This document shows positions 9,301 to 18,596 of a stretch of 64,000 bases of DNA, in pieces; positions within the stretch are counted from its first letter, which is position 1; the number at the start of each line of letters is the position of its first letter. This DNA is from an uncultured Porphyromonadaceae bacterium. GTDB lineage: Bacteria > Bacteroidota > Bacteroidia > Bacteroidales > Porphyromonadaceae. The DNA lies in the NCBI GenBank assembly GCA_963526345.1, contig CAURNJ010000002.1, forward strand, positions 54,900-118,899. Direction: 5' to 3'. The notes beneath the pieces were generated by a model. It searched no databases and was not told the DNA's origin. It worked only from the letters and a program-made list of their open reading frames with translations. The position numbers were made by a program, and so were the translations under genes.

Positions 9301-10113
9301 TACGATGCTTAGCTTACCGTCACCGTCACGATCCCAGCTATAATTCCCTCGCATGCGAGCATCCACTTCGACATCGAAGTGAACGCCCACCGAGTTATAG
9401 ATACTATTCAGCTCACGCTCTATCTGATCCTTGTCCAGCTGGGCGTCATTGACCGGCACCAGCGTCAGCTTATGACGCTGCTTCGGATAGCTTACGACTC
9501 GAAGCTTACCCAAGACCTCACCCTCATAGATCGCATAGACATCATAGCTACTCTGGGCATCCGCTGCCGGTAGTTTGAGACTCCAGGTCTTACTCTCTTC
9601 GTGGAGCTCTGCAGGCAGCGCAGGACTATTAGGAGACGTAGCAAAGCGAACACAGCTCAGGTCAATCGTCTTCTTCCCTTCGTATCGTGCCGCGACGACA
9701 TCCTGCTCTCCCGTAGGGATGAGCTTCCAAGGAGCGATATAGCCCTTAGCAAAAGGCTTGTAGTATTCGTCCAGCTTGACGGAGCGCTGGTACCAGGGCT
9801 CCGTGCCGTCGTCAAAGGCATAGCGTCCTTGCGCTGATGGCTCAAAGCGAACCGTACCGACATCATGAGCTAAACGGCTCGCATCAAAAGCTCCAATCTT
9901 ATCTACACGCTCTACCTTGAGGCCTTGCTTTCTGCCCACGCGCCCCTCCGAGGATGAGGTAGCTGATAGTAGATTCTCTGGGCTCTGTGAAGAGGGCCAC
10001 TGGACAGTCATCACATGCACAGGATAGTACTGCCCAAACAGCTGACCACCGACACCTAAGCTGAGTGTCAGTAGTAGCACGAGTAGACGAAGACTATGCA
10101 TGAGGCGATACAT
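6400..10113 (-). CDS. Short-form polymorphic toxin: signal peptide - conserved module - zincin protease (HELGH...NLMDY) - variable region with hydrophobic helices - REase-fold nuclease tip
   Basis: Likely start ATG 10113 (MYRLMHSLRLLVLLLTLSLGVGGQLFG/QYYP); HELGH at 9037-9051; tip RVYDIV...HYELKNW. ORF track start is 10182. Confidence 0.8.
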   Translation of the reverse strand: MYRLMHSLRLLVLLLTLSLGVGGQLFGQYYPVHVMTVQWPSSQSPENLLSATSSSEGRVGRKQGLKVERVDKIGAFDASRLAHDVGTVRFEPSAQGRYAFDDGTEPWYQRSVKLDEYYKPFAKGYIAPWKLIPTGEQDVVAARYEGKKTIDLSCVRFATSPNSPALPAELHEESKTWSLKLPAADAQSSYDVYAIYEGEVLGKLRVVSYPKQRHKLTLVPVNDAQLDKDQIERELNSIYNSVGVHFDVEVDARMRGNYSWDRDGDGKLSIVGKSFFGRVREVKESAEMEYLKKAYTQLAGTLDGVYLFVVDAAGGLESQPKDLLGEMPRRSRFGYIFSGNSPNGGASALSHTIAHELGHGLFTLQHTFDDEYGGTKSQGQTRNLMDYATGKELAAFQWNVLANPAVFTAADNKSQGDLVRRQEARIDAKNGGITPAGKVILSVKATDSDHIATLTIVPGSYYVHGITLFSREGTPTKSYSWDEEKKTYVSGGELIEDAPDLELTYNSRSHKVTARLYRVASGEKCLYDYHDVTYDPANPSSLKIPERDWKTDYLWSASESCKAEFIARTTLAKDRRSYDEEQIKRDILKLGQLSEKTSYEDLLRTLESCHIRSLKRQSYEWLIRTFKRVAQKETLKEREELALLRLMQSMDGKDYSRFYRDLEADQNALLRHLVSEIDDVSLYFWTDKENYTNFIGALVWMFHADGGKSIKGRFPEAPDDYARIVLNLTPVNYGSVQLMGGGDASFTEKYNQGEYISSTGEVKLWDVYKTYTTARNSLHSQEHREELGIVSPLTPIIIVPDTDNLPLIETALGGNALSDQMYVVPAIFMKYRADKIRNDHIAKGVVTAFDVATIVFSGGTALATKVHWVQRAWALAEVVGAVGNIAVNAQVITDPELKRAVDIYNTAMGVIGIKNAGQAGYKFVKNLPRQSKTLLQENKALRGLLASKYSEWKRIVSPKIKGLSPTEKQLLSQQEEVFKALTSSDPERKPIKIAAGGEAVDPSIKAGSKAGQAKSVTSQVDQLLGKLKGTKAISPSKEAELRKILSGFTPEVLEKLLHTEGIEIVLRDMAQNGKKLQGGKFQLQYFADHLAEGTSIVKFEVREEIKVGEKTVARVYDIVADEGRSKIHYELKNWSGWGSWSGKAFQRQFLRDLATMAKGKRVKWVFSGHKMSREELKRKIIEALQDPIFQKAINEVIDDAKAPVIGDILGVKIKRNAEIIKNLEQDKVFDIIFEIMR
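9480..9960. repeat. Direct repeat of ~13106-13588 (conserved pre-protease module shared by both toxins)
   Basis: Near-identical DNA encoding ...VKLDEYYKPFAKxYIAPWKLIPTGEQDVVAARYEGKKTIDLS...GKLRVVSYPKQ. Confidence 0.9.
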
Positions 10114-10186
10114 GAGACTGTTTGACTTAGGCGAGATGATATACACCTCATTGAACGGATACCTACCCCTCTGAGAATCCAACTTG

Positions 10187-10657
10187 CTATATCATTTGCC
10201 AAGGTTCTAATACTCCCCCCTCCTCTGCGAACCAACGGAAATACATTGTAAGTGAATCGGCATCTTCATCATCTAAGAGTTTATCATAACTCATTGTAGA
10301 GTTAAGCTTACCTGTCTTTGGCTCATAGGTTATCCTTAGACTAGAGGGAACCTCTCGCCCATCATCTTGAAAGCTTGCTCGTATTTTCTGAGCGATCGCA
10401 TTACCATTCGAATTCAACCACCTCTGATTCTCATCAGAGACATCAATTTGTTTTGTGGTCACATATTCATTAAGCTTATGCTTAAGCGACAGGCTCCCGT
10501 TAATCCTGAAAAACACCAAGTATTGCACTGATCGTTCAAGAGAGATGTAGATATAGATACAGTCTATATCCAAACTATACCCTGTATACTCCAATGCGTT
10601 GTGTAGTGCATCTTCTATGAGATGCACAAAATTCTTATCAAACACCTTCGTTGCCAT
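10187..10657 (-). CDS. Putative immunity protein, DUF600/YezG-like
   Basis: Starts 1 bp after the nuclease toxin stop; pattern IYIYISLE...FFRINGxxxxKHKLN...REVPSSLRITYEPKTGKLNSTMSYD...WF resembles DUF600-type antitoxins that accompany non-specific endonuclease toxins; AT-rich. Confidence 0.65.
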   Translation of the reverse strand: MATKVFDKNFVHLIEDALHNALEYTGYSLDIDCIYIYISLERSVQYLVFFRINGSLSLKHKLNEYVTTKQIDVSDENQRWLNSNGNAIAQKIRASFQDDGREVPSSLRITYEPKTGKLNSTMSYDKLLDDEDADSLTMYFRWFAEEGGVLEPWQMI

Positions 10658-10658
10658 A

Positions 10659-13600
10659 TTAATTGTTAGGAATGATTACGGTCTCATATAGTTCTCCATC
10701 AATTTTATAATCTAGCTTGAAACCACTAGGCCTAAAAGAGTCACCTTCATATAGGACTTGTATTTTGAGTTCCACCTTAGCTCCCTTGGAAACTGCACTA
10801 GCCCAACGACGCTCATAACGTGCGAACACTTGTCGATTAACAGATCTAAGCTGGGAAACCAGGTTATCAAGCTCTGGGGAACCACCAAATCTATCTGCAA
10901 TGATATGACCGGCATCGTCCCCAATAGCTTTTTCGGGTGTATTCGGATTATGAGGTAGGCGTTTCGTTCTAGCTGTTAATTGCAAGTTGTCAGTAGACAT
11001 ACTTGTGAGGCGTCCAAACTCATCGGTTTCCCCCCAGTAGCCAAACTCTCCTGTCTTAAAGCGCACATTAGGTTTAAGCTTATTTAATTCATCAAAAGGG
11101 TTATCAACAATCTCTTTGAGAACCTTCTTGGTCTTCTTAATAGCCTTACTCAGTTCTTGCGTTACTTCAGGAAGCTCTTTAATGATAGCTCCGCCACCGA
11201 TCGCCACTACCACAGCATTACCAGTACCCCTGGTAAGTAAATGGCTTTTCTTCCCCAAATCAGCCTCCTTGTTTCCAATGCTTAGCCATTCTTCAACAGA
11301 GTTTCCAGTGGCAACTGATACAAGAACATTGCCCAGGATGGGGAAGAACTGCTTGGGGTTCTCGCCAATCTGCTCCTTGATATCAAGGAACTGTTGCCAC
11401 AAATCCTTGCGAACTTGTTCATCGACGGCTATATCCCAGGCAAGGACACCAAGACTTGTGAGGTCGGTTACCTTCTGCGCGACCACTTCTGTGGCCCCTG
11501 TGACTATACCTGGAGCATGTATGACGACCTTATCCTTCTCGCTTGAACGGTATATCTTCTCGGGTAACTCCGAGGTTTTGAGTAATGTTTTGGCAGCATC
11601 ATAGCCCTCTGCGACAAACCGCATATATGCGGCATTATTATCCAAACGGAAAGCGTTGCCATCGGCAAAAAATTGGCTATTGGCATTAAGGTCAATCCCC
11701 CGCTTGGCAGGACTATCTTGGAAATCCCTAACCTGATGTTGCTTTAGATAAGCATTACTCTTCTCAAGGATATGCTGAGCAACCTTTACAAGATCAGCCC
11801 TTTTGCCTAGGGCTAGCTGGAGCCTAGTGCTAATACCAAAAGCTTGGAACTGAATAATACCATCGGTGTCTGTTGCCAAACGAACATACTCCTCAGCATC
11901 CCCCGGCCAAGTGCCTTGGGTGATGGTCCTATCAGACAAAGGCTGATCTATCTCCTCAAGCTCAGACTTCGGGTTTAGCCTGTAAACTCTATTCCCTAGA
12001 GCAAAGTCTATCTTTCGCCCAAAGAGGGAGCTTGCCTGCCTAAGTAGTTCCTGAACCTCGCTCAGCGAGATGCTCCCCCGATCCGATGAACGGCAAGCTT
12101 GTATATCTTGCCTAAACTGCCCTATATACTGGGTGATAGAGCTAAAATCTTTCAGCTTACAGATATTAGGGTAGTTCTGCACATCAGCCTCACAATAGCA
12201 TAGATTATTTGCCTCGTCAAAGTGGAGAAGCAAAAGATCGGATTCACTCTTGACGATTCTCTCAAGTAGCTCCCTGCTGGCTGTGGACTTTTCTACATTG
12301 AGCTCAACCGCTGTGCTGTCAGACGACAGAATGCCGTAAAGATAGGTTTTGCTCTGGCTAACGATATAGGGTTCTGCCATTACCCCCTTGATAACGACAG
12401 CATCCGCGAGACGTACAGTAGGCTTCTTCACAGAGCGATACTGCGAACATCTTAGGCGTAAACCAATATGACCACGCCCAAGCTTTTTAAGTGCACCCTC
12501 TAGTTGCTGTAAAGCGAGAAGGTCCTCAGTGCTATTTTTTAGCTGTCCCTCCTTATCTCTGTCTAGGGCTGTGAATGGAGCTGGATTAGAGATGATATTC
12601 CACTGGAATGCGGCGAGCTGAACAGCCTCGCTCCCCATCGTGTAGTCCATGAGATTCGCGGTTTCATCCTGTGACTGCTTACCTCCGTACTCATCGTCGA
12701 AGCTATGTTGGAGCGTGAAGAGGCCATGACCCAGTTCGTGAGCTAGGGTACGGGCAAGGCTTTTCTCATTGGGGCTATTGCCTGTAAAGATGTAGCCGAA
12801 ACGACTCTTGCGAGGCATTAAGCCCTCTACATCCTCGAGCTTCGATGACTTGCTTAGCTCTGAGCTAAGCACAAAGACACAGACCTCATCCTTGCCGAGT
12901 GGGTGTTGCTCTTCGTAGCTGTCTCGGAGCTTCTTAAGGTCTTGCTTGATATGCCCGTTCGATAGCTCTGCTTGGAAGGCATCCGTCTCGGCGAGCCTAA
13001 ACTCTACCCCTACTTGCTGGTAGATTTTATTGAGGTGCTGACTTAGCTCTGAGACATCGCCCACACGCTGCCCATTCACAGATACGAGACGCACACGATA
13101 GCTTTGCTTCGGATAGCTTACGACACGGAGCTTACCCAAGACCTCACCCTTATAGATTGCAAAGACATCATAGCTACTCTGGGCATCCGCTGCCGGTAGC
13201 TTGAGACTCCAGGTCTTGCTCTCTTCGTGGAGCTCTGCTGGCAGTGCAGGACTATCGGGCGACGTAGCAAAGCGAACACGGCTCAGGTCAATCGTCTTCT
13301 TCCCTTCGTAGCGTGCCGCGACGACATCCTGCTCTCCCGTAGGGATGAGCTTCCAGGGAGCTATATAGTCCTTAGCGAAAGGCTTGTAGTATTCGTCCAG
13401 CTTGACGGAGCGCTGGTACCAGGACTCCGTGCCGTCATCAAAGGCATAGCGTCCTTGCGCTGATGGCTCAAAGCGAACCAGCCCGATATCATGAGCTAAA
13501 CGGCTCGCATCGAAAGAGCCGATCCGCTCTACACGCTCTACCTTAATGCCTTGCTTCGTGCCTACACGTCCTTCCGTTGATGAGGTACCTGATGATGCAC

Positions 13601-15344
13601 CACTGCTACTCACCTCTGACGACTCTTCGGGGCTAAGCTGATAGCTATCGCCCTTACTGTCGGTGATGATCATTGGGAAGGCCGAAGCAGACGCACCTCC
13701 CTCGGGAAGGTCGAGCTTGATATGCTGTGGCTTGCCCTCGGCATCAGTCACCTCCAGCTCTCCGGTCTCAGGATCGAAGCTCATCGTAGGCATCTCCCCG
13801 AGGGCGAAGTCTACCTTACGCGCTTGGATGCGTAGCTTACTTGGCTGGACTGTCTTACCCCCATCATCGATCTTGTCGAGATCGGCAATACCCCCAGGCT
13901 GATCAGCGTAGATAGCCTCGACAAGCCCATCGATCTGACGCTTCTCGATATTGATACGAAGGCGATCAAACCGAAGAGCCACTCGCGGAAGCTCGATGAT
14001 AGAGCTGAGTCGTGTCGTGCCTTGACCTGAGTACCAGCCATCACCAAGCCCTTGGAGCTGGGTAATCACCATCGGATAGTCTCCACCAATGGTCACCGTA
14101 TCCCCCACTTGAATATCTAAGGCGGGATCGGGACTAAGGCTGAGGTGCGGAGGCTCCTTACCACAGTCACGTAGAAGGTCTGGGTTACTCTTAGGTAGCG
14201 TTACCTCCTGAATAGCCGAGTAGATCGGCTTATCACCCGTACAGAGCGTACCCACACGCCATTCGTACGTCCAGCCGGGCTTGAGCTGAGCAAGCGTCAT
14301 TCGCTCACCGTAGGACTGCACCTCGCTCCATTCGTAGATATCCTTGCTCGTCTTCGGGCGGCAGGCTAGCATATAGCCCGTAGCACCGGCGACTCTATTC
14401 CACGAGAAGTCCACCTTAGCATAGCGAGGATCTGCCTTCAGCCCCGTGGGCACGGGGCAGTTCTCGTTGAGCGTGAACCAGTATATTTCGCTGAAGCCCC
14501 CATGCTCAAACATACCTACCTCATCTGCACCATCACGAGCGATAGCCTGCACCTGCCAAGCGTAGCGCCGATTGGGCAAGAGAATCGGCTCTAGGTGCGT
14601 ATAGTTGAGCGTAGTATGACGAGTCCGGGTGCGGTAGATCTCGTTGCCATAGGCGAAGGCTGCCTGAGGAGCAACGCCATTATCGGGGAGCTCCTTGAGG
14701 ACAAACTCGTACTCCGTCCCTGCTAAGCCTTGATGACGAGGATACCACTGGAAGCGGATGAAGAGCGGATCACGATAGGCCACTTGCTCATCTCGCTGGG
14801 GGAGGTTCAGCATTGGCGGTTGCTTACTGTCCAGATAAGCGCGAGCCGTATGCCAAGACGAGAGAACTTGCTGGCTATAGTAGTCGACCACCTGTACAGA
14901 AATCTCGGTAAAGCCTGTCGGGAACTGACCATTACGCAGACGACCGTTGATAAGCAGGTTCTCCGGACGAAGGTAAGGCATCAAGTCTGTTGCCGTCAGA
15001 CGAGTTGGTACGCCCGCCATAAGCTCCAGCTGAGGATACGACAGCTCCTCTCGGGTCTGCGCAAGGAAGCCATTACTCTTGATCTGCAAACGCAAGCGAG
15101 CCAGAAGTAACGGCTGCTGAAGATCCCGATTATGCAGCGTGATGATAAGACGATCGCGACTGCCGGAATAATAGCCCTCTAAGTGCGGACTCTGCGGCGA
15201 GGGCCACTGAACCACAGCATGGACGGGGTAGAACTGAGCACACAACTCCTTCCCTCCTCCACAAAAGAGGAGCGAGAAGAGTAAGACTTTATAGAGTATG
15301 GACCGAGCAAAGCCCGAGTGCTTGGATCTCCACATCGCTATCAC
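10659..15344 (-). CDS. Full-length polymorphic toxin: signal peptide - TANFOR-like domain - FN3 domains - conserved module - zincin protease - variable region - DNA/RNA non-specific endonuclease (Endonuclease_NS_2/HNH-like) tip
   Basis: AQFYPVHAVVQWPSPQSP...LLLARLRLQI...GQFPTGFTEISVQVVD (TANFOR-like); FN3 motifs (LKPGWTYEWRVG, PNRRYAWQVQA); HELGH at 12726-12740 with NLMDY; tip GDDAGHIIADRFGGSPELDNLVSQLRSVN. Confidence 0.85.
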   Translation of the reverse strand: MIAMWRSKHSGFARSILYKVLLFSLLFCGGGKELCAQFYPVHAVVQWPSPQSPHLEGYYSGSRDRLIITLHNRDLQQPLLLARLRLQIKSNGFLAQTREELSYPQLELMAGVPTRLTATDLMPYLRPENLLINGRLRNGQFPTGFTEISVQVVDYYSQQVLSSWHTARAYLDSKQPPMLNLPQRDEQVAYRDPLFIRFQWYPRHQGLAGTEYEFVLKELPDNGVAPQAAFAYGNEIYRTRTRHTTLNYTHLEPILLPNRRYAWQVQAIARDGADEVGMFEHGGFSEIYWFTLNENCPVPTGLKADPRYAKVDFSWNRVAGATGYMLACRPKTSKDIYEWSEVQSYGERMTLAQLKPGWTYEWRVGTLCTGDKPIYSAIQEVTLPKSNPDLLRDCGKEPPHLSLSPDPALDIQVGDTVTIGGDYPMVITQLQGLGDGWYSGQGTTRLSSIIELPRVALRFDRLRINIEKRQIDGLVEAIYADQPGGIADLDKIDDGGKTVQPSKLRIQARKVDFALGEMPTMSFDPETGELEVTDAEGKPQHIKLDLPEGGASASAFPMIITDSKGDSYQLSPEESSEVSSSGASSGTSSTEGRVGTKQGIKVERVERIGSFDASRLAHDIGLVRFEPSAQGRYAFDDGTESWYQRSVKLDEYYKPFAKDYIAPWKLIPTGEQDVVAARYEGKKTIDLSRVRFATSPDSPALPAELHEESKTWSLKLPAADAQSSYDVFAIYKGEVLGKLRVVSYPKQSYRVRLVSVNGQRVGDVSELSQHLNKIYQQVGVEFRLAETDAFQAELSNGHIKQDLKKLRDSYEEQHPLGKDEVCVFVLSSELSKSSKLEDVEGLMPRKSRFGYIFTGNSPNEKSLARTLAHELGHGLFTLQHSFDDEYGGKQSQDETANLMDYTMGSEAVQLAAFQWNIISNPAPFTALDRDKEGQLKNSTEDLLALQQLEGALKKLGRGHIGLRLRCSQYRSVKKPTVRLADAVVIKGVMAEPYIVSQSKTYLYGILSSDSTAVELNVEKSTASRELLERIVKSESDLLLLHFDEANNLCYCEADVQNYPNICKLKDFSSITQYIGQFRQDIQACRSSDRGSISLSEVQELLRQASSLFGRKIDFALGNRVYRLNPKSELEEIDQPLSDRTITQGTWPGDAEEYVRLATDTDGIIQFQAFGISTRLQLALGKRADLVKVAQHILEKSNAYLKQHQVRDFQDSPAKRGIDLNANSQFFADGNAFRLDNNAAYMRFVAEGYDAAKTLLKTSELPEKIYRSSEKDKVVIHAPGIVTGATEVVAQKVTDLTSLGVLAWDIAVDEQVRKDLWQQFLDIKEQIGENPKQFFPILGNVLVSVATGNSVEEWLSIGNKEADLGKKSHLLTRGTGNAVVVAIGGGAIIKELPEVTQELSKAIKKTKKVLKEIVDNPFDELNKLKPNVRFKTGEFGYWGETDEFGRLTSMSTDNLQLTARTKRLPHNPNTPEKAIGDDAGHIIADRFGGSPELDNLVSQLRSVNRQVFARYERRWASAVSKGAKVELKIQVLYEGDSFRPSGFKLDYKIDGELYETVIIPNN

Positions 15345-15362
15345 GACTACAATCTGAATAAA

Positions 15363-18300
15363 TTAGTTGCCTTGTTTTGCCACCTTGAGCAAAGACCTCT
15401 CTTCCCCGACACGAAGCTCTACGGTATAGACTCCTGAGGTATTTCCTCGTAGCTCGTACTCAAAAGTTTGCACTTGCACTTTCTTTAGAGCCTTCTTATC
15501 CATCTCTACCATGGTCGGAGATAGGAGGCGTAGTGTAAAGTCTTGAGGCTCTCGGAGCTCAATAAAGACCTTAAATTCTCCTGTCGTTGGATTAGGAGTC
15601 ACAAGAAACTGCTTGATCATGGCTCCAACTTTATCATCGGGAAGAAGGACGCTCCCAACAGGTAGCACCTCAATGCGCCGACTAACAAGTGTAGAGCAGA
15701 CACCAAGATATCCCTCAAGTGCTACTGTATATATACCAGCAGAGTTCATTGTGAAGATAAGCCTCTCGTCACTCTGGCTCTTGACAACAGCCCCGACAGG
15801 GACGTGCCATTGTAGCCGATCAGCCTTGATTTGACTGATATTTACTACATGGATCTCTGCTCCGAGATCTACAGAACTTGGAGCTGTAATATCAATGGGT
15901 AGTTCAGTCTGACTGTCACGGATTATAACCTCAGCGGAGGCTGTGCAACCGCCCTCATTGGTCACGATGACACGATAAGTGCCGGCACGGCTAACGCTAA
16001 GGTCTTTACTCGTTTCGCTGAGAGGCTGACCATTACGCGACCATGAATAGCTTACATTCTCTTGAGTGGATGTAGCTCGTAGATTACGACTTTGGTCTTT
16101 ACAGAGAGTAAAGGCTTCGGAAAGGCTTACCTTGAGTTCGTCTGGCTGTGTCAAGCTCAAGCGATAGCGCAGCGTACATCCAGCAGCATCAGACACCAGA
16201 GCTACATATTCTCCAGCCTGGAGTTTATCTCGTCGATGAGTAGTAAGACTAGGGCCATCCTCCCAACGTATCGTATAGGGACTCGTACCTCCACTGATAT
16301 TGAGTTTGATGCTACCATTAGAAGCTCCAAAGCAACTGGGGTGCACTAATTCTGGTCGCACAACAAGGGCATCAGGTGAAGAAACCTCAGCTGTAGCATC
16401 AATCGTACAGCCTCTACTATCTGTAACACGTAGCAAGTAGGTACCTATTTCGTTAACTCGAAGACTTGAGTTGGTTTCACCCTCCTTGTTCCACTCATAT
16501 GAGTATGGTGCAGTGCCTCCCGTGACAAGTGCTTCGATAGAGCCTTCTCCTCCACTACAATTAGGGCTGATGACCTTAAACTTGAGGCTTAGAGGCTCGG
16601 GCTGAACTAATGTAAATACAGTAGATGATACACTGATGTTATTAGCATCTGTAATCTTCACTTGATATTGTCCTGCACTAAGACCTCGAGCGATACTATC
16701 TGTTTGTTGACTGAGCTCTTCGTTAGAGCCATTGGTTAGCTTATACCACGTGTAGGTGTAGGGCAGGCGGCTCGCTATATGGGGCTTGCCACCCTTAGCA
16801 TGTGCTGTTATCTCTCCGTTACTATCTCCGTTACAGCTAACGAAGCGACTTTCCTTAACCTCAACACCTAGGGGAGGAGGAGCATTGAGCGTTATATCAA
16901 GCTTTGCTCGGCAACCGCAAGAGGCATTCTTATCCTCGGGGGCGAGAGCATCAAAGCGGGCATCCTCTACAATGACCTGATATTCTCCTCTGGATATATT
17001 AGATAGAGTGTAGATATAGGCTCCCCCGTCGGGGCGTACAGAAGTAGGGGTAAAGCTGCGACCATCCGACAGACGTATGATACGAACCTGGTAGCCGTTA
17101 GCGAGTGGAGTTCCCCCTGAGGCTCTAAAACTGATGGAGCCATCAGAAGAGTTATAAGCTAAGGGACTTACAACAGCTTCCTCCAAAACAGACACAGCTT
17201 CGGAGGGCTCAGCTATAGTGACGCGATGTATGAGTTCATTGCCTCCACCGTCTTTGGCGAAGCAATCATTGCTATCATAAACCTTGAGGGTATATTGCCC
17301 CGCAGGAAGGCGAGAAAGCGTAGTTGTTGAGCTAAACTCTTGGGTGCGGATCTCTACCCCAGAGGCGTCAAGCAGATGTACCTTGAAGCGCCCTGTTCCG
17401 CCCGAGGCCGTGAGTGTGATGGCACCATCAGCGCCAGCGAAGCAACTCACATCCTTCTTGGTAAACGAGTGTGTGATGGCAGGTCGCTCGGCGATGGTCA
17501 TATTGATGACATGGCTAGGTGCTTGGGCGTAAGCAGCTAATCCATTAGAGTGTGTCCCTAAGAGAGCGAAGGTATAGCTCCCTGCTGTGAGCCCCCGAAT
17601 GTAGAAGCCATTATTGGCATCAAGAGCCTCAATATTATCTACCCTCTCCCTGATATTTCCAATCAATCGAGCAATTCCAATAGTTTCATTGGGTTGCAGT
17701 GCTCTATCTAGTCTCACATAAATAGAGGCATCTTGAGAGTTATGACAACGCTCTTGTTGCATCTCTGTTGAGACAATATGAGGGACTGTGAGTGTAGGCT
17801 TGAGCGTGATGATCTTATATTGACTCTCTGTGCGTGCCTCATCGGTGATAGCGTTAATGCGGAAGGCAATAGATTTACCACTCGCAATCAAAGCACGATA
17901 GTCGGCCTCGCTCATAAGGTCTTCGCCCTTAAGCGTAACAACAGACTTACCCTCACTATAAGATACGCCTGCTGGTAGGGGGACCCAGGTTGGGTCTCCT
18001 ACTATTCGGTACTCCCATTGATAGGTTGCCTCAACGAAACCTTTTGTTGCCTTGAGGGTAATAGGATCTTTGTCTGGCAACATACGATTAACACTTACTT
18101 CCGCCCCCTGCCCCTGGTTGTGGAAGTAATGGAGGTTAATAGAGACGGGGATAAGCTCTACATATGCAGTAAGTCGCATATCGTCAATATATCCACCAGA
18201 TTTCGATGTATTTACATAAGCACTACTGTTAGGGACATCTATGAAATCATCTCCTGTATCAGAACCACCCCCGAACCAGAGGAATCCGCTCCAAGACTTA

Positions 18301-18596
18301 ACTGATCTAATTCTCACTCTTGAGGGGCGATCAGCTACATTGTAGCTATTAACATAACTAGTCGGTGTTTTCCCCCATGAGTCTCCAGAAAAACCTCCAT
18401 AGTCATAATGATAAACTTGTTTGTCAATACCATTTGTGACAACATGGTAATATATATCTAAACTAGACATGGTATTCCCATAGTTGTAAATTGGGCTAAA
18501 TGTCACAGACAACTTATACTTCCCCTCTTCTTGAGCTTTAACACAAGTAAGAGAAACAAAGAATGCAATAATTATTACAAATACCTTTTTGATCAT
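15363..18596 (-). CDS. SprB-repeat protein with T9SS type A C-terminal sorting domain
   Basis: Signal peptide; repeats VSCFAGADGAITLTASGG / PSCFGASNGSIKLNISGGTSPY; C-terminus VTPNPTTGEFKV...GVYTVELRVGEERSLLKVAKQ. Confidence 0.85.
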   Translation of the reverse strand: MIKKVFVIIIAFFVSLTCVKAQEEGKYKLSVTFSPIYNYGNTMSSLDIYYHVVTNGIDKQVYHYDYGGFSGDSWGKTPTSYVNSYNVADRPSRVRIRSVKSWSGFLWFGGGSDTGDDFIDVPNSSAYVNTSKSGGYIDDMRLTAYVELIPVSINLHYFHNQGQGAEVSVNRMLPDKDPITLKATKGFVEATYQWEYRIVGDPTWVPLPAGVSYSEGKSVVTLKGEDLMSEADYRALIASGKSIAFRINAITDEARTESQYKIITLKPTLTVPHIVSTEMQQERCHNSQDASIYVRLDRALQPNETIGIARLIGNIRERVDNIEALDANNGFYIRGLTAGSYTFALLGTHSNGLAAYAQAPSHVINMTIAERPAITHSFTKKDVSCFAGADGAITLTASGGTGRFKVHLLDASGVEIRTQEFSSTTTLSRLPAGQYTLKVYDSNDCFAKDGGGNELIHRVTIAEPSEAVSVLEEAVVSPLAYNSSDGSISFRASGGTPLANGYQVRIIRLSDGRSFTPTSVRPDGGAYIYTLSNISRGEYQVIVEDARFDALAPEDKNASCGCRAKLDITLNAPPPLGVEVKESRFVSCNGDSNGEITAHAKGGKPHIASRLPYTYTWYKLTNGSNEELSQQTDSIARGLSAGQYQVKITDANNISVSSTVFTLVQPEPLSLKFKVISPNCSGGEGSIEALVTGGTAPYSYEWNKEGETNSSLRVNEIGTYLLRVTDSRGCTIDATAEVSSPDALVVRPELVHPSCFGASNGSIKLNISGGTSPYTIRWEDGPSLTTHRRDKLQAGEYVALVSDAAGCTLRYRLSLTQPDELKVSLSEAFTLCKDQSRNLRATSTQENVSYSWSRNGQPLSETSKDLSVSRAGTYRVIVTNEGGCTASAEVIIRDSQTELPIDITAPSSVDLGAEIHVVNISQIKADRLQWHVPVGAVVKSQSDERLIFTMNSAGIYTVALEGYLGVCSTLVSRRIEVLPVGSVLLPDDKVGAMIKQFLVTPNPTTGEFKVFIELREPQDFTLRLLSPTMVEMDKKALKKVQVQTFEYELRGNTSGVYTVELRVGEERSLLKVAKQGN

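Noticed and set aside
10114..10182. TTG start and MDSQRGRYPFNEVY... extension of the 1260-aa toxin
   Set aside because: The signal peptide and the homology with the 3390 stub both begin at ATG 10113.
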